Both the position numbers and the translations under genes were made by a program. Of a DNA stretch of 64,000 nt, positions 12,436 to 26,049 are shown one piece after another. Source of the stretch: Kondoa subrosea (lineage: Eukaryota). The first letter of the stretch is position 1; each line of letters opens with the position of its first letter. The stretch lies in assembly GCA_039545335.1 (NCBI GenBank), contig BCIN01000002.1, forward strand, positions 2,032,484 to 2,096,483. The letters are read 5' to 3'. The notes under the pieces were generated by a model that saw only the letters and a list, made by a program, of their open reading frames with translations, was not told where the DNA came from and searched no databases.

Positions 12436-14256
12436 TTACTGCCAGAAGACCACTAGAGCTACAGCAGCTAGGAAGGATAACGGAGCAGTGACCATACCGG
12501 AGCTTGAGTCTTGGTTGCTATTTTGGTAGGCTGCTTTGCTGGGCTGAGCAAGTGTTACTGTGCCATTTAACGCAGCTGTGGAGACAGACGAAGGAGCTGA
12601 TACAGAAGAGGGAGCTGAAGCGATAGGAGAGGAAGATACTATCGAAGCCAAGGCCGATGAGCTTTCTTCATCATCTGAATCATCTTCATTGACATATTCC
12701 ACATCGTCGCCCGAGAATGGTGTGCTTGCCCAGACATCTGGTCTATCACCACTAGCGTATTCAGAGAAGCTAGGGAAATCGGGAGTCTATCGAACCAAAG
12801 TCAGATGCAATAAGAGAACGAAAGCAAGAAAACTCACTTCGGATTCTGCGTAGATTCGGGAAACGTTGGCGCACGTCGAGACTGGTGTTACGTGCTCGAA
12901 AGCAGCCCAAACTTTGGGAAATTGCTGGGTGAATAGCGAGACCACTATCGAGCATGAATTAGTTGACATCAAAGCGGCAAAGGTATAAAGTACGTACCAG
13001 CGTCATTGGTTTCATGGTTTCTGTTACGAAGCAATCAGTCTGAAGCTGCTATGCTTGTAAAAGATGCGTGACATACAGGACGATGATACCTGTCGAATCG
13101 TGAGCATGTCCGATAATACGATCATAGTTGCCAATAACTTGAGCTTGACCAAGTTGGAGCACTCGGAAGTCGTCTGTATCTTGGTTCCATACTGTGGGGA
13201 AAGCTCAGAAAAGCGGATTACTCCATCACCGAGACATACGATGAATTCTCATGTCCAAAGCATGCGCAAAGTAGCGAATGCGGGAATCGACATCCCCGTA
13301 TGGCTATTGAGACGATAATCAACGAGTCAGACCTATAATGGATTGACTAACAGGTCGGAAGCAGCGTGTTGAAACACCGGTAGCAGCTTTGATTGCTTGT
13401 TTGGTGTAATACATCTCAGCGAAGACTTGCTCGTTTGTGAGAGTCGTCATTGCGCTGTGAGACCATGAATGTGCACAAACTTCATGGCCTGCTGTATATC
13501 CGGAAAGAGCAGCCTTTTGACAATACTCAGACAAGTTTCGGGTCATTTCCATTAAACTGCTTACCTCTGGGTGAGACATGACATTGACACCGATGTAATA
13601 CAGCGAAGCGAGTTGATTTCGTTGCTTGAGCAGATCATAAGTTGGCGTATGAGCGCAAGTTGCTGCATATTATGCTGAGCGGTTGATTAGTGGAATACAA
13701 AGCACCTGCTTACGTCCATCATCAATCGAAAGGCCCTGTGTGTCGGATAAGTATATGACCCAACTTTCTGAACTAAAACACTCACCCATGTGGAAGCAGT
13801 ATTGCAAGCCGCGATGTCCGACGGCAAATCACCTGCCTTTGGGACGGTGCATTGGGTGAATGACCACTGTACAAGAGGAGTGAATATGCGAACGCAAATG
13901 AGATGTTTAACTAACCCAGCAATCGCTATCAGTGTGCCAATCATAGGTGCCAAGAGCTGGATTTCCGGCAGCATCTTTCGCTCGCTGAGGAACTGCTACA
14001 TAAGGAGAGTTGCTTGAGATGATGCTGTTATACATAGCTCGAGCAGCATTATCGGTGGGCAGAATTTGTGCGATTTGGCCAGGTCTGCTCCCGTATTAGA
14101 GGAGTTGTTGAAGTTGAGGAAAGAACCTCACATCAAGGGAGGAAAGTCTGAAGAGATCGCTTGCGCTTCAGGTATAGGTTGACCAGAGCATGTTTGCGGA
14201 ACCGCTTGGGCCAGTATAACGGGTACAAAAGCAAGGGGAATCAGTGCAGAAAGCAT
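12436..14256 (-). CDS. Chitin deacetylase (CE4 polysaccharide deacetylase), secreted, probably GPI-anchored
   Basis: Signal peptide MLSALIPLAFVPVILA. CE4 motifs after splicing: SIDDGP, HSWSH, RP|PYG, DTDD and GIIVL|NHE. Ser/Ala-rich stalk and hydrophobic C-terminus LSFLAAVALVVFWQ. Confidence 0.92.
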
Positions 14257-15113
14257 TTTTGAAATGAGTGTGGGTGATTGAGATCAGGAAACGATAACAG
14301 AGAGGAAAGAGAGTCTATAGTCCACGTAAAACAAGAAGCAAAAGAAAGATTAGTGATAGAAAGAAACGGAAGACCGGCCAAAACATGGCGCTATGAAGCA
14401 CTTCCAAGCAGCAAAAGGTATAGCCTCATATGGCTGAATAAGCATGAGTGTCAATGGCACCATCCAGCCTGTCTAAACTCAGGTACATCGTCGACAGAAA
14501 CAAGTCTGTAGCAGTGTACTGGCAATTAACTTAGAGAGACCCCTTATCCCAAGTTAGCCACGTCTTCACGCAAACCCCCTGTAGACGTCGAGAGCACCTC
14601 ATCCGGTACAGTAATTCGCAATCTAATTTGCAATCTAGATTCGGAAGCGGATGGTCAAAGCGCATCTTGTTATCTGCATCGATTATGAACCAGTACTGTC
14701 GCTTTTCCACTGCGCTTCCTCACTGTGCAGTGTGTACGGCTGTCCAACGATCCTCTGCTAGGCATTCTTCCATCTGAACCAATTTTGCTACATTACGCAG
14801 GCTGCTTTTCGTTCTGGAATTATTGTGGTCTTTTCCCAGTCTACGACGCGTTGTTTGTGTCCTACGGCTCATCTGCAGTGACCGCATTCGATTGCGCCTC
14901 AGAAAACCCCTAGAGCCCCATATATTGCTTAATAGTCTTGCAATAGATTACGTCGTCGCATTCTAGCCTGAAAAGATTTATTGAACGGCTCAGCCGGATC
15001 ATGACCTTTGGCTCCCTTTGGTGAATTCTCCTTCTCTTCTTCAAAACCGTTTGCATCCTTCTCCTTGAGCTCCCCTTTCCTGTAACTTTCTATTTCGCGC
15101 ACCACCAACAATA

Positions 15114-16974
15114 ATGTCTGCACCTGCTGGCCCTCTTTACACCAACCCAGGCTTGAATCTAGACTTGTGAGCTCGCTTTATGAGACGCAGCAGCTCAGAT
15201 ATTGAAGACGTCTGCATGCAGAGTCGCCGGGCCGCCACTTTGGGCTACGGTAGGTCATTACCTGATCTCTGCAGGTCCTATTTTCACCTCTTCTCTAGTG
15301 GATTGATTGGTTCCTTTGTACGCATGCTTTCGCCTTTCAGTCGCCTGCTCAGACTTCATGTAGTCGGAATCATCGTCACTCAGCTGTTCCAATATGCTCC
15401 AAGTTTCAAGACAGATCAAAAAGTCATCAAGCTAGCAGTCGTGGCTATCTTCACTCTTGATTGCCTTTCCATCATGAATGCAAGCGCTATCGAGTATCTT
15501 TATGCTGTAACGCACTTTGGGTGAGACTTGTGCCTTTTGGTTCCTCTACCTTGCTGATAGACGTACAGTGACTATACATACCTGACTGTGAGTGCAATTT
15601 TCTCCTCACAGGGCCTGTTCTTACTGGTATCTTGCATTTAGGGTCAATGATAAGTTCCACTTGACTATTCGCTTGTTAAAGCTTACTCTAGGTCGCTCGT
15701 CTCTACGCCTCCTGTACGTTTATCATCTTTCCTGTCTTCATCATCCTAATGATAGTAACAGTTCTTGGTTTACACATCCAGCAATGCTGCCAGTATGTCT
15801 CACAGCTTTCCCAGGCCTCACTTGCAGATTGACACACTGTACAGCTACTCTCTTCGTTCAAACCTTCTTGATCTACCGAGTTCTCGTTGTTTCCAAGAAC
15901 TGGTTCGTCGCAGCATTTCTCGAAGCCGTTGCTCTCGTTTCGGTGTCTGGAGCTATGTGTGTACACACTGCTTGTTCCATCACTGTCCTGAAGCTTTATA
16001 CAGCGCTACCACTGTCGCTTTGGCTACATCTGCAAAGACTCTAGCTGGCCGTAATCAGGTCAACACGTAAGCTGAGCTTTATCGCTATCATTCCATCTCT
16101 GACCCGGACAAAAGCGTGGTCACTCTATGGATGTAAGCAACGACTTCTGCTGGTGCTTGCTCATGCTCAACACTCGATGTCCAGGGTTTCGTCTGGTACA
16201 TCATCAAATACTCTCACTTTCCAAAAATGCTGACAGCGGAATTTGCAGCTGTTGCCGATGTTCTCATTTCTGGCGCTCTCATCTTCTACTTGATCTCGAT
16301 GAAATCACACTTCAGCCAAACTCAGTCCAACATCAAACGTCTTATTTACTCAGCTATCCCAACTGGTACAGTCACTGCCTTCTTCGCCATTGCAGTTTTC
16401 GTTTCGTAGGTGTTTTCGTTCAATACCGGCAATGTCTCTCATGCTGTTTCCCCTTTATCAGATACAAAGGCTGGGTGAGTGTCTTGACATCATCGGGAGC
16501 ATTCTGTCTGATCATTCCTACAGCCCACTAGTCAACTTCCAACTGGTCTTAACCTTTGGCTGTTCGTCGTCTTTCGACTGTCTAAGTATGAACTCTAAAC
16601 GATTTTTTGTCACAGTGGACGTCTCTACTCGCTCTCTTTCGTAGGTAGCAAAGGAAACTCTCTGTAAACACCGCTCACTGTCTTGCAGTTTATGAACTTG
16701 AACTACCGTAAGACTCTCACCAATCCTCAAGGCAGTGGTATCAGCGCAACTTTGAACTCTCGTTTCACCAAGAAGCCTGACGCTTCTACTGACAATATTC
16801 GAATGCAAGGAATCTCCGTCCAAACCATGTAAGATTGTTCTTCCCATTCAGTATTTCTGCTAACATGTCAGTGACTTGCCCAGGACTCATACCGATTTCG
16901 ATCGCTCCGGCGACAAAAAGTCTTATGAAGATACCGACCAGGCTTCTGTCCCATACGGTACTGGTGCTGTGTAA
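15114..16974 (+). CDS. Multi-pass membrane protein with a DUF6534-type domain (about 18 exons)
   Basis: Spliced translation LVAGPPLWAT|WIDWFLF|GIIVTQLFQY...VQTFLIYRV...AVADVLISGALIFYL...IKRLIYSAIPTGTVTA...GRLYSLSF|FMNLNYR matches this basidiomycete membrane-protein family. Confidence 0.8.
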
Positions 16975-17436
16975 AGCAAGACCTTTGAAGGTGAGCTCGA
17001 GTTGATTTCATGCCTTAGTAGGCTCACGAAGAGTACTGACTTGAACACAGTCTTCGTTCAACAAAGCATAGTCGTATTATACCAAAAAGGGAAGGAAGCA
17101 GGAGCAGTCTTTTGTGTGACCAGCATCTCGTGTACTTCATAAAATCAAACTTCAAACTTGCATGACATTCGTTTGCTGTCTTCAAATGACCGTGTTGACT
17201 TCATATTGCCTCGAAGAATAGCAGCTTTCTCCTTTGCTGCTTTTCGACCGACTCGGGGTGCTACCGAATCTGCGCTTTGACCTTCGATTCACATTCTGCC
17301 ATTGAAATGCTGACTTTGTTCCGTTTGCTATCTCGGATGCGGATACTCCTGCCACTTCATATTTAGCTATACGCTACTGGCTGTATACCACTTCTCTATA
17401 TCCTTGGCTCTGCCTTAATTCCCGCTCATTCAAGCC

Positions 17437-20400
17437 ATGCAAGGGCAATTTCCATTTTCTACACCTCTCCTCGTGCCAGCTGCTCCGCCTTACCAGCAGC
17501 AGCAGCATCAGTACCCTATTCATTATCCCCTACCTTTGCCTTTACAGGGCTCAGCTATCTCTCCATCATATACACCAACTCATACTCGGCCTCGCGGTGC
17601 TCCTGCCTTCAAGTACAGCGGAGGATTTGCTCTGCTGAAACCTAGTCAACAGAATGCTCGTCCATCCATACAGACTCCACCGCTTTACAACGCGAATCAA
17701 GCATATCAATATCCACATTCTCCTCGACCCAATATACCTGCTCAACAACCATGGTCTCCACCTATTTTCCATCCGCGCAATCCACCTATACATCAATCCT
17801 CATTTCTGTCACCACCAACATCAAGTCTAGCAAGGAGTGAATCCCCTCTGAGTTCTGTGCCGAAAAGTCCAGCTCTTTCGTCTACTGGATCTGTTACTCC
17901 AGCTAATGCCAACTATACACCGATAGGATTACCAATCAAGCCAAAGATCAAGATCAAGATGAGTGATGAGAAGTCGTTCTTGAGAAGAGAAGCGCTTGAT
18001 AAGGACGATTGGCCGATTTGGGTCATCTTGAGTCAAGGACTGGAAGTCCTGTCTAGAGAGATGCATGAAGATGAGATTGCGCGCAACGAGTAAGTTGATT
18101 TGACATAGTTTTCGCGAAGAAGCTCACAAAGTTGGCAGACTACCGAATACTGTAAGCACAAAAAGCTAGTCTCTACAGACGTTGCTGATGAGGTTTATAG
18201 ATCGAAATATATCTTCCGGGTCAGATGGGCTGGCTTGACCTACTCGAAGAGCTTTGGGACACAAGAATCGCGTCGAAGGAAGAACAGGTCGGCCTCCCGT
18301 CTTCTGCTGCCGTCATTGCTGACAGTGCTGTAGATACCTGCTGATCTGCTGAGATTCAAGCTGGACGCCTTGGTGGATGTGTCGCAGCTTTCTTCACCAG
18401 AAGAAGCTTTCCTATATACGAGTCAACCTTCGTCTCCGCTGTCTTCTAGAAATACTAATTTCCTACCAAGCTTGAACCCTTCTGCACCTGTATTCAAGCT
18501 TAAGCCTAATTTCAACCCGAATGCAGCAGCTTTCACTCCTGGTGCTCCCGCTCCTACCGTTGTAGTGGAAGAATCACCTAGAAAAGCCGCCGATCTATCG
18601 AGAGAGGAACTTGAATTTGGATTGGGCATCTCAATATCCAGAGAAGAGGAGGTAGAAGAAGATGATGGGGAAGACGAGGATGAAATGGAAACAAATCCAT
18701 CGGAAAGTGAAAGTTATCAAGACGAGGAAGAAATTTTAGCACAGATGGAAATGCTACCACCTGGACAGAAATATCAACCTCAAGATGAAGATAACGAGTC
18801 GGACGTCCGATCAACAGCGGAAGAAAGTAATAACCCTATCAAACCTCATTGGCGGAACTTCAAATTCCCCCCTACTGAGCCTCTTTCGCAGGAAGACGAT
18901 GAGGAAATGTCAGATAAAGAGAATGGAGGTCTTTCTCTTGAGAGCATCGCTCTGCCTAGGATACCGCGTCGAGGAAGTCGAGCCATTTTGATTTCCTCTA
19001 AGTTCAAGAAGACTCGACTTCTTTCTGCTGCCTCAAACGGATTCACAAACTCTGAATTTGACGAGGAGGAGGAAGAAGAAGAAAGGTCCGACGAAGATGA
19101 AAGCGACTCAGAAGTCACTACTTGGCAATTACTTTCTAACTTGCTTGATGGGAAGCTCAAGGACTTGCAGGACGATTTGACGGGCTGCTTCAACCTTACT
19201 GCTGATATGGATACTTTGAAAAGAGATGCCTTACTGGATGATCTGCTTTCGCGTGTGGAAGACAAGATGCAACATTGGGCGGAACAACATTCTCTACCCA
19301 ATCCTGATCTACAAGCTATTCCGGAAATGCTTTCTGCTCGAATGGATCTATCCTTGCAACCGATTATACATGAATTGAAGAAGGTCACTGCCAAGTCCAA
19401 TGAACGCGAGTCGCCATCACTGGCTGAGCAAACTCAAAACATAACTAAGCAATTCTTCACCGATTCTCGATGGATAGAGCATATGTCCTTAATGCAAGAT
19501 CAGTCTGCTAAATCTCAAATAGCGCAACGAGAAGCAAGCGACAAGTTGCGCCATGAAATCACTCAGCTCCTTAGCCTCTATTCGTCGAAATTGCATGAAG
19601 ATCAGTCTCTCCTCAATGAGAAGCTCACTTCTGATCTCGATACTCTCCGTTCGCTCGTCACTGAAAGTTCATCGCAAGTGCAGATTGGTCTCGACGAAAC
19701 TTCCGCTGCGTTGCTTGAAGAATCGCATACTTCGAGATCTCTTCTTCTGGAACGATTGAAAGCAGCAGATGAGAAGACCTCGAAACAAGCTAGTGAATTG
19801 CAAGCTCTGACAGCTGAATGTCTCGCATTGTCGAGTAAATACGCTTCAACGCAAGAGAAGTTGCTCGTGCAAGCTCAGACTACCGAGGGGAAGCTCAGCG
19901 ATATGGCTCGCGCGTTAGAACAGAATAATGAAAGGTAAGCTGGAATTCTGCTTCGGATGTCGGACTAAGCTGAATGCATTTACAGCTGGTCTAAACAAAT
20001 CAATCACCTGCATTCCATTATGGACACTGAAAGAGAGAAATTCGATAGGATTAGTGAAAAAAGAGATACGTTGCGGCATCAGATTGCCGATATTCAAGCG
20101 AAAGCGAGGAAAGATCAAATGATGCATGAACGAGCTGTCCAAGACCATGCAGCGCTGATGGAGCGATCTGCTGCTGCACACCAAGAGGGAGTCAAGGTGC
20201 TGAACTCTGAGAGGGAGCAGCTCAAAGCCGATTTGCAGTCTGAGCAAGCAAGATCGCAACAGCTAGAAGTAAGTCTCCAGCTTTTGGCGAGAACATGCAA
20301 ATGCTCATTGCAGATTGTAGATTGAGACTCAAAAGGCTCGAGCAGAACAGAGCACGAAGCATACTGAAGCTCTTGCTTCTCTTCAGACCCAGCTCGACGC

Positions 20401-20614
20401 AATGCAAAAGGAGAATGAACGATTGCAGAAGGATCTGATGAATGCTCGCACTTCCACACCACTCAAATATATCAACGGTCTAGATACAGAAGCCGCCTAC
20501 CGCAGTCCTCTTTCTGTCCGTCGAACTAATTCAAGCGCAAGTTCTGTTCGAGCTAATTTGTCAAGAGCATCAAGCGTCGCGCCTTCGTTGAAAGAAGATG
20601 GCTGGTGGTCATAG
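17437..20614 (+). CDS. Hypothetical protein: Pro-rich N-terminus, tandem PAM2-like motifs, acidic region and long coiled coil
   Basis: ORFs 17437-18093, 18370-19938, 20020-20325 and 20402-20614 join through GT-AG introns, including small exons LPNT and IEIYLPGQMGW. The protein ends in EDGWWS*. Confidence 0.75.
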
Positions 20615-20761
20615 TAACCTAATCATATATACACCATAGCATCTAATAGCAAAGCATTATGACACTCAAAACAACAACGCCACCTTGACCTTTGCGCGAA
20701 TTGTTTATCGTCACCTTGCTTGTCTTCCAACTAACTTCTCTCTCTCCCTTTCGACAGCAAG

Positions 20762-23700
20762 ATGAGCAGCGACGAGTCAATGGACGACTTTCTCGTTGAG
20801 TCTGCCAGCGCTTCAGAATTCGAGGAAGAAGCACCCGCACCAAAGAAAACAGTAAGTTATGACTTGTTTGTCTGGATCAGAGCTCACACACTGTACACCA
20901 GACTAAAGCAGCAGCAGCACCGAAAGCTAAAGCAGCACCTAAACCTAAGGCAGCAGCGACAACCAAGAAAGTAGCTGCTAAAACGACCAAGACAGCAAGC
21001 AAGAAAACGGTCTTGTCTGAACGAGATGAGAATCAGATGTCGTTAGATGAACGTGATGGATCTGGTTCTGATCAAGATGATGAGGAAGAAGAAGCGAGAC
21101 CGAAAGCTAAAGGCAAAGGCAAAGCTGCAGCAACGAGCGGAAACAAGGATGCGAGTGATCAATATCAGAAGGCGAGTATCCTAATCAACCTCACACTGCT
21201 ACATGTATTGAGTGCTATATCAACAGCTCTCTCAATTGGAACACGTCCTTAAACGTCCCGACACTTATATCGGAAGTATTGAAGCTACAACTCAACCAAT
21301 GTGGATCTTTGATAAAGCTACTGGATCAATGGCTCATCGTAACATCACTTATGTTCCTGGTTTGTACAAGATCTTTGATGAAATTCTCGTCAATGCTGCC
21401 GATAACAAGGTTTGTGTTTCTTTTCGTGATCGATTATGTATTTGTGCTGATAGGACTGTACAGCAAAACGACTCCTCGATGAACCTGTTCAAGGTCAAGA
21501 TTGATCGAGAAGCTGGTGTCATTGAAGTCTACAACAACGGTAAAGGTATTCCAGTCGAAATTCACAAGAAAGAAGGCATTTGGATTCCAGAACTCATCTT
21601 TGGTCATTTGCTCACTTCCTCCAATTACGATGACGAGCAGAAGAAGGTTCGTCATATTGCTTCACCTTGATCAATGGTCTGACTGCGGCTGAACAGGTCA
21701 CTGGTGGTCGAAACGGTTATGGTGCTAAATTAGCTAATATCTATTCTACCGAATTCGTCGTCGAAACAGCAGACAAGAACACTCTACAGAAGTACAAACA
21801 AGTCTTTTCCGATAACATGAGCGTCAAGGGTAAACCCAAGATTACTGATAACAAGAAGGGCGAAGAATACACCAAGATCACTTTCAAACCTGACTTCAAA
21901 CGCTTTGGCATGGATGGCATTGATGATGATACGGAAGCTTTGATGATCAAGCGAGTTTACGATAGTAAGTTTTGCATCAAAACAAACACCATTGCGCCAA
22001 GCTAATGCATTGGCGACAGTGGCCGGATGTGTAGCTGGTGTCAAAGTTCATCTTAACGGTTCAAGCATTAGCACTAAAGTTGGCAGTTTCAAGAAGTATG
22101 TCGAAATGTACGCTACTGCAGCCCAAGAAATGAGTGGTGCACCTGATACTGGCAAACCACCTATCATCTACGAGAAGTTTGGTGATCGTTGGGAAATCGC
22201 GTTTACTCCTTCTGAAGGTCAATTCAATCAAATCTCTTTCGTCAATAACATTGCAACAACCAAAGGTGGAACTCATGTTGATCATGTATCGAAACAGTTG
22301 GTCGAAAACATTATTGAAGTAGTCAAGAAGAAGAACAAAGCTGTTCCTGTTAAACCGTTCCAAGTCAAGAACCATTTATGGGTTTTCGTCAACTGTTTGA
22401 TTGAGAATCCTGCTTTCGACTCCCAAACTAAAGAGAACATGACTTTGGCTCAATCCAAGTTTGGATCCAAGTGCAAGATCACTGAAGACTTTACAAAGAA
22501 GGTTATCAAATCAGGTGTGGTTGAAAACGTTCTCAACTTTGCCAAATTCAAGCAAGATCAAGTACTCAAGAAGACGGATGGTTCAAAGAAGTCCAGGTAC
22601 GCTACTGGTCAATTCAGCATCTCCATATGCTGAAATTGCACCATAACCGTACAGAATCACTGGTATTGCTAAACTCGAAGACGCAAACAAAGCAGGAACC
22701 AAAGAAGGTCACAAATGCACCTTGATTCTCACAGAAGGTGACTCTGCTAAAGCTCTAGCCGTTTCCGGTATTGGTGTGGTCGGTAGAGATTACTATGGTG
22801 TTTTTCCTTTGCGAGGAAAATTGCTCAATGTTCGAGATGCCACGGGGAAGAATTTGATGGATAATGCTGAAATTCAAGCGATCAAACAAATTATGGGTTT
22901 GCAACACAAGAAGGTCTATGAAGATACTACTCCTTTACGTTATGGTCATTTAATGATCATGACTGATCAAGTCAGTTCAATCTTTTCTACTTTTATGTGT
23001 GCCTATCTGATAATGTTGTGTGAAAAGGATCACGATGGATCTCATATCAAAGGCTTGATCATCAACTTCTTTGAATGCTTCTATCCCTCTTTGTTAAAAT
23101 GCAACGATTTCTTGGTCGAATTCATTACTCCTATTGTCAAAGTCACCAAGGGCAAGAAGCAAAAGTCCTTCTTCACTTTACCTGAATACGAGACTTGGAA
23201 GGAAGAAAACGACGAAGGTCGCGGTTGGGATCCGAAGTATTACAAGGTAAGCCGAGTCTGTGAATACACAGAGCAATGTTGACATCTTGAGACAGGGTTT
23301 GGGTACAAGTACAGCTGCTGATGCCAAGAAGTACTTCTCGGACATGAAATCTCATCGTATCGCTTTCAAGCCACTCAAAGCTGAAGATCAGCAGCTGATT
23401 GATATGGCTTTCAACAAGAAGAAGGCCGACGAGCGTAAAGAATGGCTGAGAGGATATGAGGTCAGTCAGATTCTGAAAGCGTGTCCTCCTGACTGAATCT
23501 TGTGCTGCAGCCCGGAACTTTCCTCGATCACAATGTCTCTTCCATCCCTATTTCAGACTTTGTCAACAAGGAGTTGATTCTCTTCTCCATGGCTGATAAC
23601 GTCCGATCTATTCCATCTATGGTTGATGGCTTCAAGCCTGGTCAAAGAAAGGTTCTCTTCGGTTGTTTCAAGCGCAAGCTCAAGAAAGAAATCAAAGTCG

Positions 23701-26049
23701 CTCAGCTTTCTGGTTACGTCGCTGAACATTCAGCTTACCATCACGGAGAACAAAGTTTGGTTATGACCATTGTCGGTTTGGCGCAAGCCTACGTTGGTAG
23801 CAACAACTTGAATGTGCTTGACCCTAATGGTCAATTCGGTACTCGTTTGGCTGGTGGTAAAGATGCTGCTTCGGCTCGTTACATTTTCACCAACATCTCG
23901 AAAATCACACGAACCATTTTCCATCCAGCTGACGACGCTTTGCTCAACTACTTACATGATGACGGTCAATCGATTGAACCAAGTTGGTATTTGCCAATTC
24001 TACCAATGATTCTAGTCAACGGATCTGATGGAATTGGAACTGGTTTGTCTCATCCCTAAGTAGAATCAGCGCTTTGCTGATAACATCTGCCAGGTTGGAG
24101 TTCTTTCATTCCCAATTACAATCCTCGCGATATTGTAGACAACCTACTTCGCAAAATGAACGGTGAAGAACTCATTCCAATGCAACCTTGGTTCAGAGGC
24201 TTTGAAGCAAGCAGGCCCATTTTTCCGTTGCTTCTGTACTAATGTTGGATGCACAGGGTGTCATTGAAGCCGCCAAAGATGACGGCAGATATCGATGTGC
24301 TGGTATTTGGGAAATGCTCGACGACGATACTATGAAGATCAGCGAGCTACCTATCCGTGTTTGGACCCAAACCTACAAGGAACACTTGGAAAGCTGGCTT
24401 GTCGGAACTGAGAAGGCTCCCGCTCTTATTAAGGTAGGTTGCTTGTCGTGGGTGCAGGATCGCCTGCTGATTGTTATATACAGGAGTACAAAGAGTACCA
24501 TACAGACACTACTGTTGACTTCACTCTGGTCTTGTCTGGTGAAGGCAAGAAGGCTGTCAAAGAGGGAACTGTTGACAAGGTCTTCAAGCTCGGCACTAGC
24601 ATCGCAACTACTAATATGGTCTGTTTCGATGTGGATGGCAAGATTAAGAAGTACTCTTCCCCGGAAGGAATTCTTGAAGACTTTTATGATGTCAGATTCG
24701 AGTTTTACCACAAGCGAAAGGTCAGTTGTTGCTCATATCATGACAATTCTGGCTGAACATTGTGATAGGCCCATCAAATCCATGAACTCAATCAAGAGCT
24801 TGAGAAGCTGTCCAATCAAGCTCGCTTCGTTCTTGCTATCATTGATAAAGAGCTCATCATCGAGAAACGCCGGAAAGCTGATATCGTGGCTGAAATGCGC
24901 AAGCAAGGCTACAAACCAATTCCTAAGCTACCCAAAAAGGCTGAAGAAACTGAAGTTGGCGAACCTGCAAGCGACGAAGAAGAGGTTCCCGAAGCGAGTG
25001 GATCAGTCAAGGCAAAGGATTCTGGTCAGGTCTTCTCTCCGTTTACGCTGTGCTTGCTGATATGTGCCAAAAGACTTCGATTACTGTTTGCAAATGGCCT
25101 TGTCATCTCTGACTAAGGAGAAAGTCGATGCTCTGAGGGCTTCCCGGGACGATCAAGAACGCAGGTTAGTTATAGCCTTGCCTTCGCAATATCGTTCCCT
25201 GACGAGTTCAATAGAATCAATGAGCTATCAGCCAAGACCACCAAACAACTATGGCAGGAGGATCTCGCTGCTGTAAGTCGTTCTTTCGCTTTGTTGGCGA
25301 CTTTGCTCATTCCCAAATTAGTTCATCACTGAATGGGACGCTCAACTCGAAGAAGATCGCTTACATCGTGGAACCGCCAAAACTGCCTCTGCCGGTCAAA
25401 AGGGCAAGGCTAGGAAAGCTCCGGCGCCAAAGAAGGCTGCACAAAAGAAGTCTGCTTTCTCTGGTGATGAAGAAGAAGCGGATAGCGACTTTGAAGCTGC
25501 TCCAAAGAAGAAGAAGGTGCGGTGTTATGTTTTGTTATCGATTGCATTTGTTGACCTGTCATTCAGACGCCTGTCAAAAAGAAGGCTCCTGCTGCTGCAC
25601 CTTCCTCAGCTCCACACATTTCTCAACTCGTGCTTGATACTTCTCCTGCCGTAGAAAAGAAGACGACCAAGAAACGAGCTTCTCCTACTGCCTTGAAACC
25701 AAAAGTAGCCAAGAAACAGAAAGTTGTGGTCGATTCCGATGAATCAGAAGAAGATGCTTTCACTGTACCTTCCAAAACAGCAAAAGCAAAAGCGGCACCT
25801 AAAGCAACAACTGTCAAAGCTCCAGCGAAAGCTAAAGTCAGCAAACCAAAGAAGGTCTTGTCGGATGATGAAATTGAAATTGATGATGCGCCGGTCGTTC
25901 CTCGTGGAGCTCGAGCAGCTAGAACAGCAGCAGCAGCCAAACCAAAGTCCAATTACATTGAATTGGATATTAGCGATGAAGATGCACAAGAAGAAAGCAG
26001 AGAAGAACCTGCTTCAAGCTTCGAAGGTTCAGCAAGTGAGTCTGATTAG
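20762..26049 (+). CDS. TOP2: DNA topoisomerase II (about 17 introns, two of them GC-AG)
   Basis: EHVLKRPDTYIGS, EILVNAADN, GGRNGYGAKL, TEGDSA, PLRGK, IMTDQ|DHDGSHIKG, DGFKPGQRK and active-site ASARYIFT. Confidence 0.98.
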
